Shown here piece after piece: positions 63,372 to 64,000 of a stretch of 64,000 nucleotides of DNA. The notes below the pieces were generated by a model. It was not told the origin of the DNA and searched no databases. It saw only the letters and a list, made by a program, of their open reading frames with translations. Both the position numbers and the translations under genes were made by a program. The stretch's first letter is position 1. The number at the start of each line of letters is the position of its first letter. The stretch covers positions 736,001-800,000 of the forward strand of contig CBDHDG010000007.1 of the NCBI GenBank assembly GCA_965261595.1. The letters run 5' to 3'. Origin of the DNA: a bacterium (GTDB lineage Bacteria; UBA8248; JACPRG01; G963555815).

Positions 63372-64000
63372 ATGCCTGATTCACCCCAAGCGACTGCTCA
63401 TCCATCGAACAGGACCCGCCAGTCCGGATTGAAGCGGACATTGACTGCGATTTCAAATATTTATGGGAATCCAGCGTGGTTCCCGGATGAATCGGCGGAT
63501 GGCCGGGATGTCCTGAGCGCCCTCATCCTGACGATCCTCTCCCAAGCCACGACGGACGGGAATCGGGACGTTGCCTATGCGCTCCTCCGGCGGCGCTTCC
63601 CCACGTGGGAGAAGGTCCTCGAGGCCGACGTAAACAAGGTCGAGGAGGCGATTCGGCCGGGCGGCCTCAGCCGGCAGAAGAGCGCCCGAATTCAGGCGCT
63701 CCTCGCTTGGCTCAAAAAGACCCGGAATGAGCTTTCCGCCGAGTTCCTCCGCGACCTCGATCTCCCCGAGGCCATGGACCGGATGGGACACCTGCGGGGG
63801 ATCGGCGTCAAGACGCTCGGCGTGGTCCTCATGTTCACCTGCGGCCGGGATGTGTTCCCGGTGGACACGCACGTCCATCGCGTCTGCCGCCGGCTCGGCC
63901 TGATCGATGAGAAGTGCTCCGCCGAGAAGGCCCACGCGGAGATGGCAAATCTCCTGAGACCCGGCGAGAGCTACGCGGCGCACGTGAATTTCTGGAAGTT
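63372..64000 (+). CDS. nth: Endonuclease III / HhH-GPD DNA glycosylase (partial)
   Basis: Hand translation: LILTILSQATTD, IRPGGLSRQKSARI, LRGIGVKT, FPVDTHVHRVCRRLG; runs off the window. Confidence 0.88.
   Translation, partial: MPDSPQATAHPSNRTRQSGLKRTLTAISNIYGNPAWFPDESADGRDVLSALILTILSQATTDGNRDVAYALLRRRFPTWEKVLEADVNKVEEAIRPGGLSRQKSARIQALLAWLKKTRNELSAEFLRDLDLPEAMDRMGHLRGIGVKTLGVVLMFTCGRDVFPVDTHVHRVCRRLGLIDEKCSAEKAHAEMANLLRPGESYAAHVNFWK

Overview
GC-rich bacterial chromosomal window, mostly housekeeping genes. The gene set (HspR-type chaperone operon, yggS-proC-yggT-divIVA cluster, carboxypeptidase-regulatory-domain proteins) suggests a Nitrospinota/Tectomicrobia- or Deltaproteobacteria-like organism, but that is inference only. 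Core genes are ruvCAB-DUF2905-spoIID-queA, an HU/IHF gene, rpoZ, a clpB-dnaK-dnaJ2-hspR-grpE-dnaJ operon, yggS-proC-yggT-divIVA-DUF167-mtnA, dtd, suhB, an nth-like gene and several ABC/MFS transporters. Mobile DNA comprises an IS3-family element, an IS1380-family element, an IS1-family remnant, MITE-like elements and many REP-like hairpins. Most notable: (1) a P1B heavy-metal ATPase whose apparent TGA stop sits in a GMH-[TGA]-GGC metal-binding motif, followed by a SECIS-like hairpin and the rest of an in-frame HMA domain (probable selenocysteine recoding); (2) a ~290-nt non-coding segment closed by a perfect 13-bp stem directly behind a sigma70-like promoter (candidate ncRNA); (3) four pairs of NrdR-box-like motifs within ~9 kb with no ribonucleotide reductase gene, one pair interleaved with DnaA boxes; (4) a two-copy ~250-bp structured element with covarying hairpins; (5) a divergent hicB/hicA-like pair. 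Several single-base frameshifts may be assembly errors. All product calls come from motif recognition by eye; no database searches were run.
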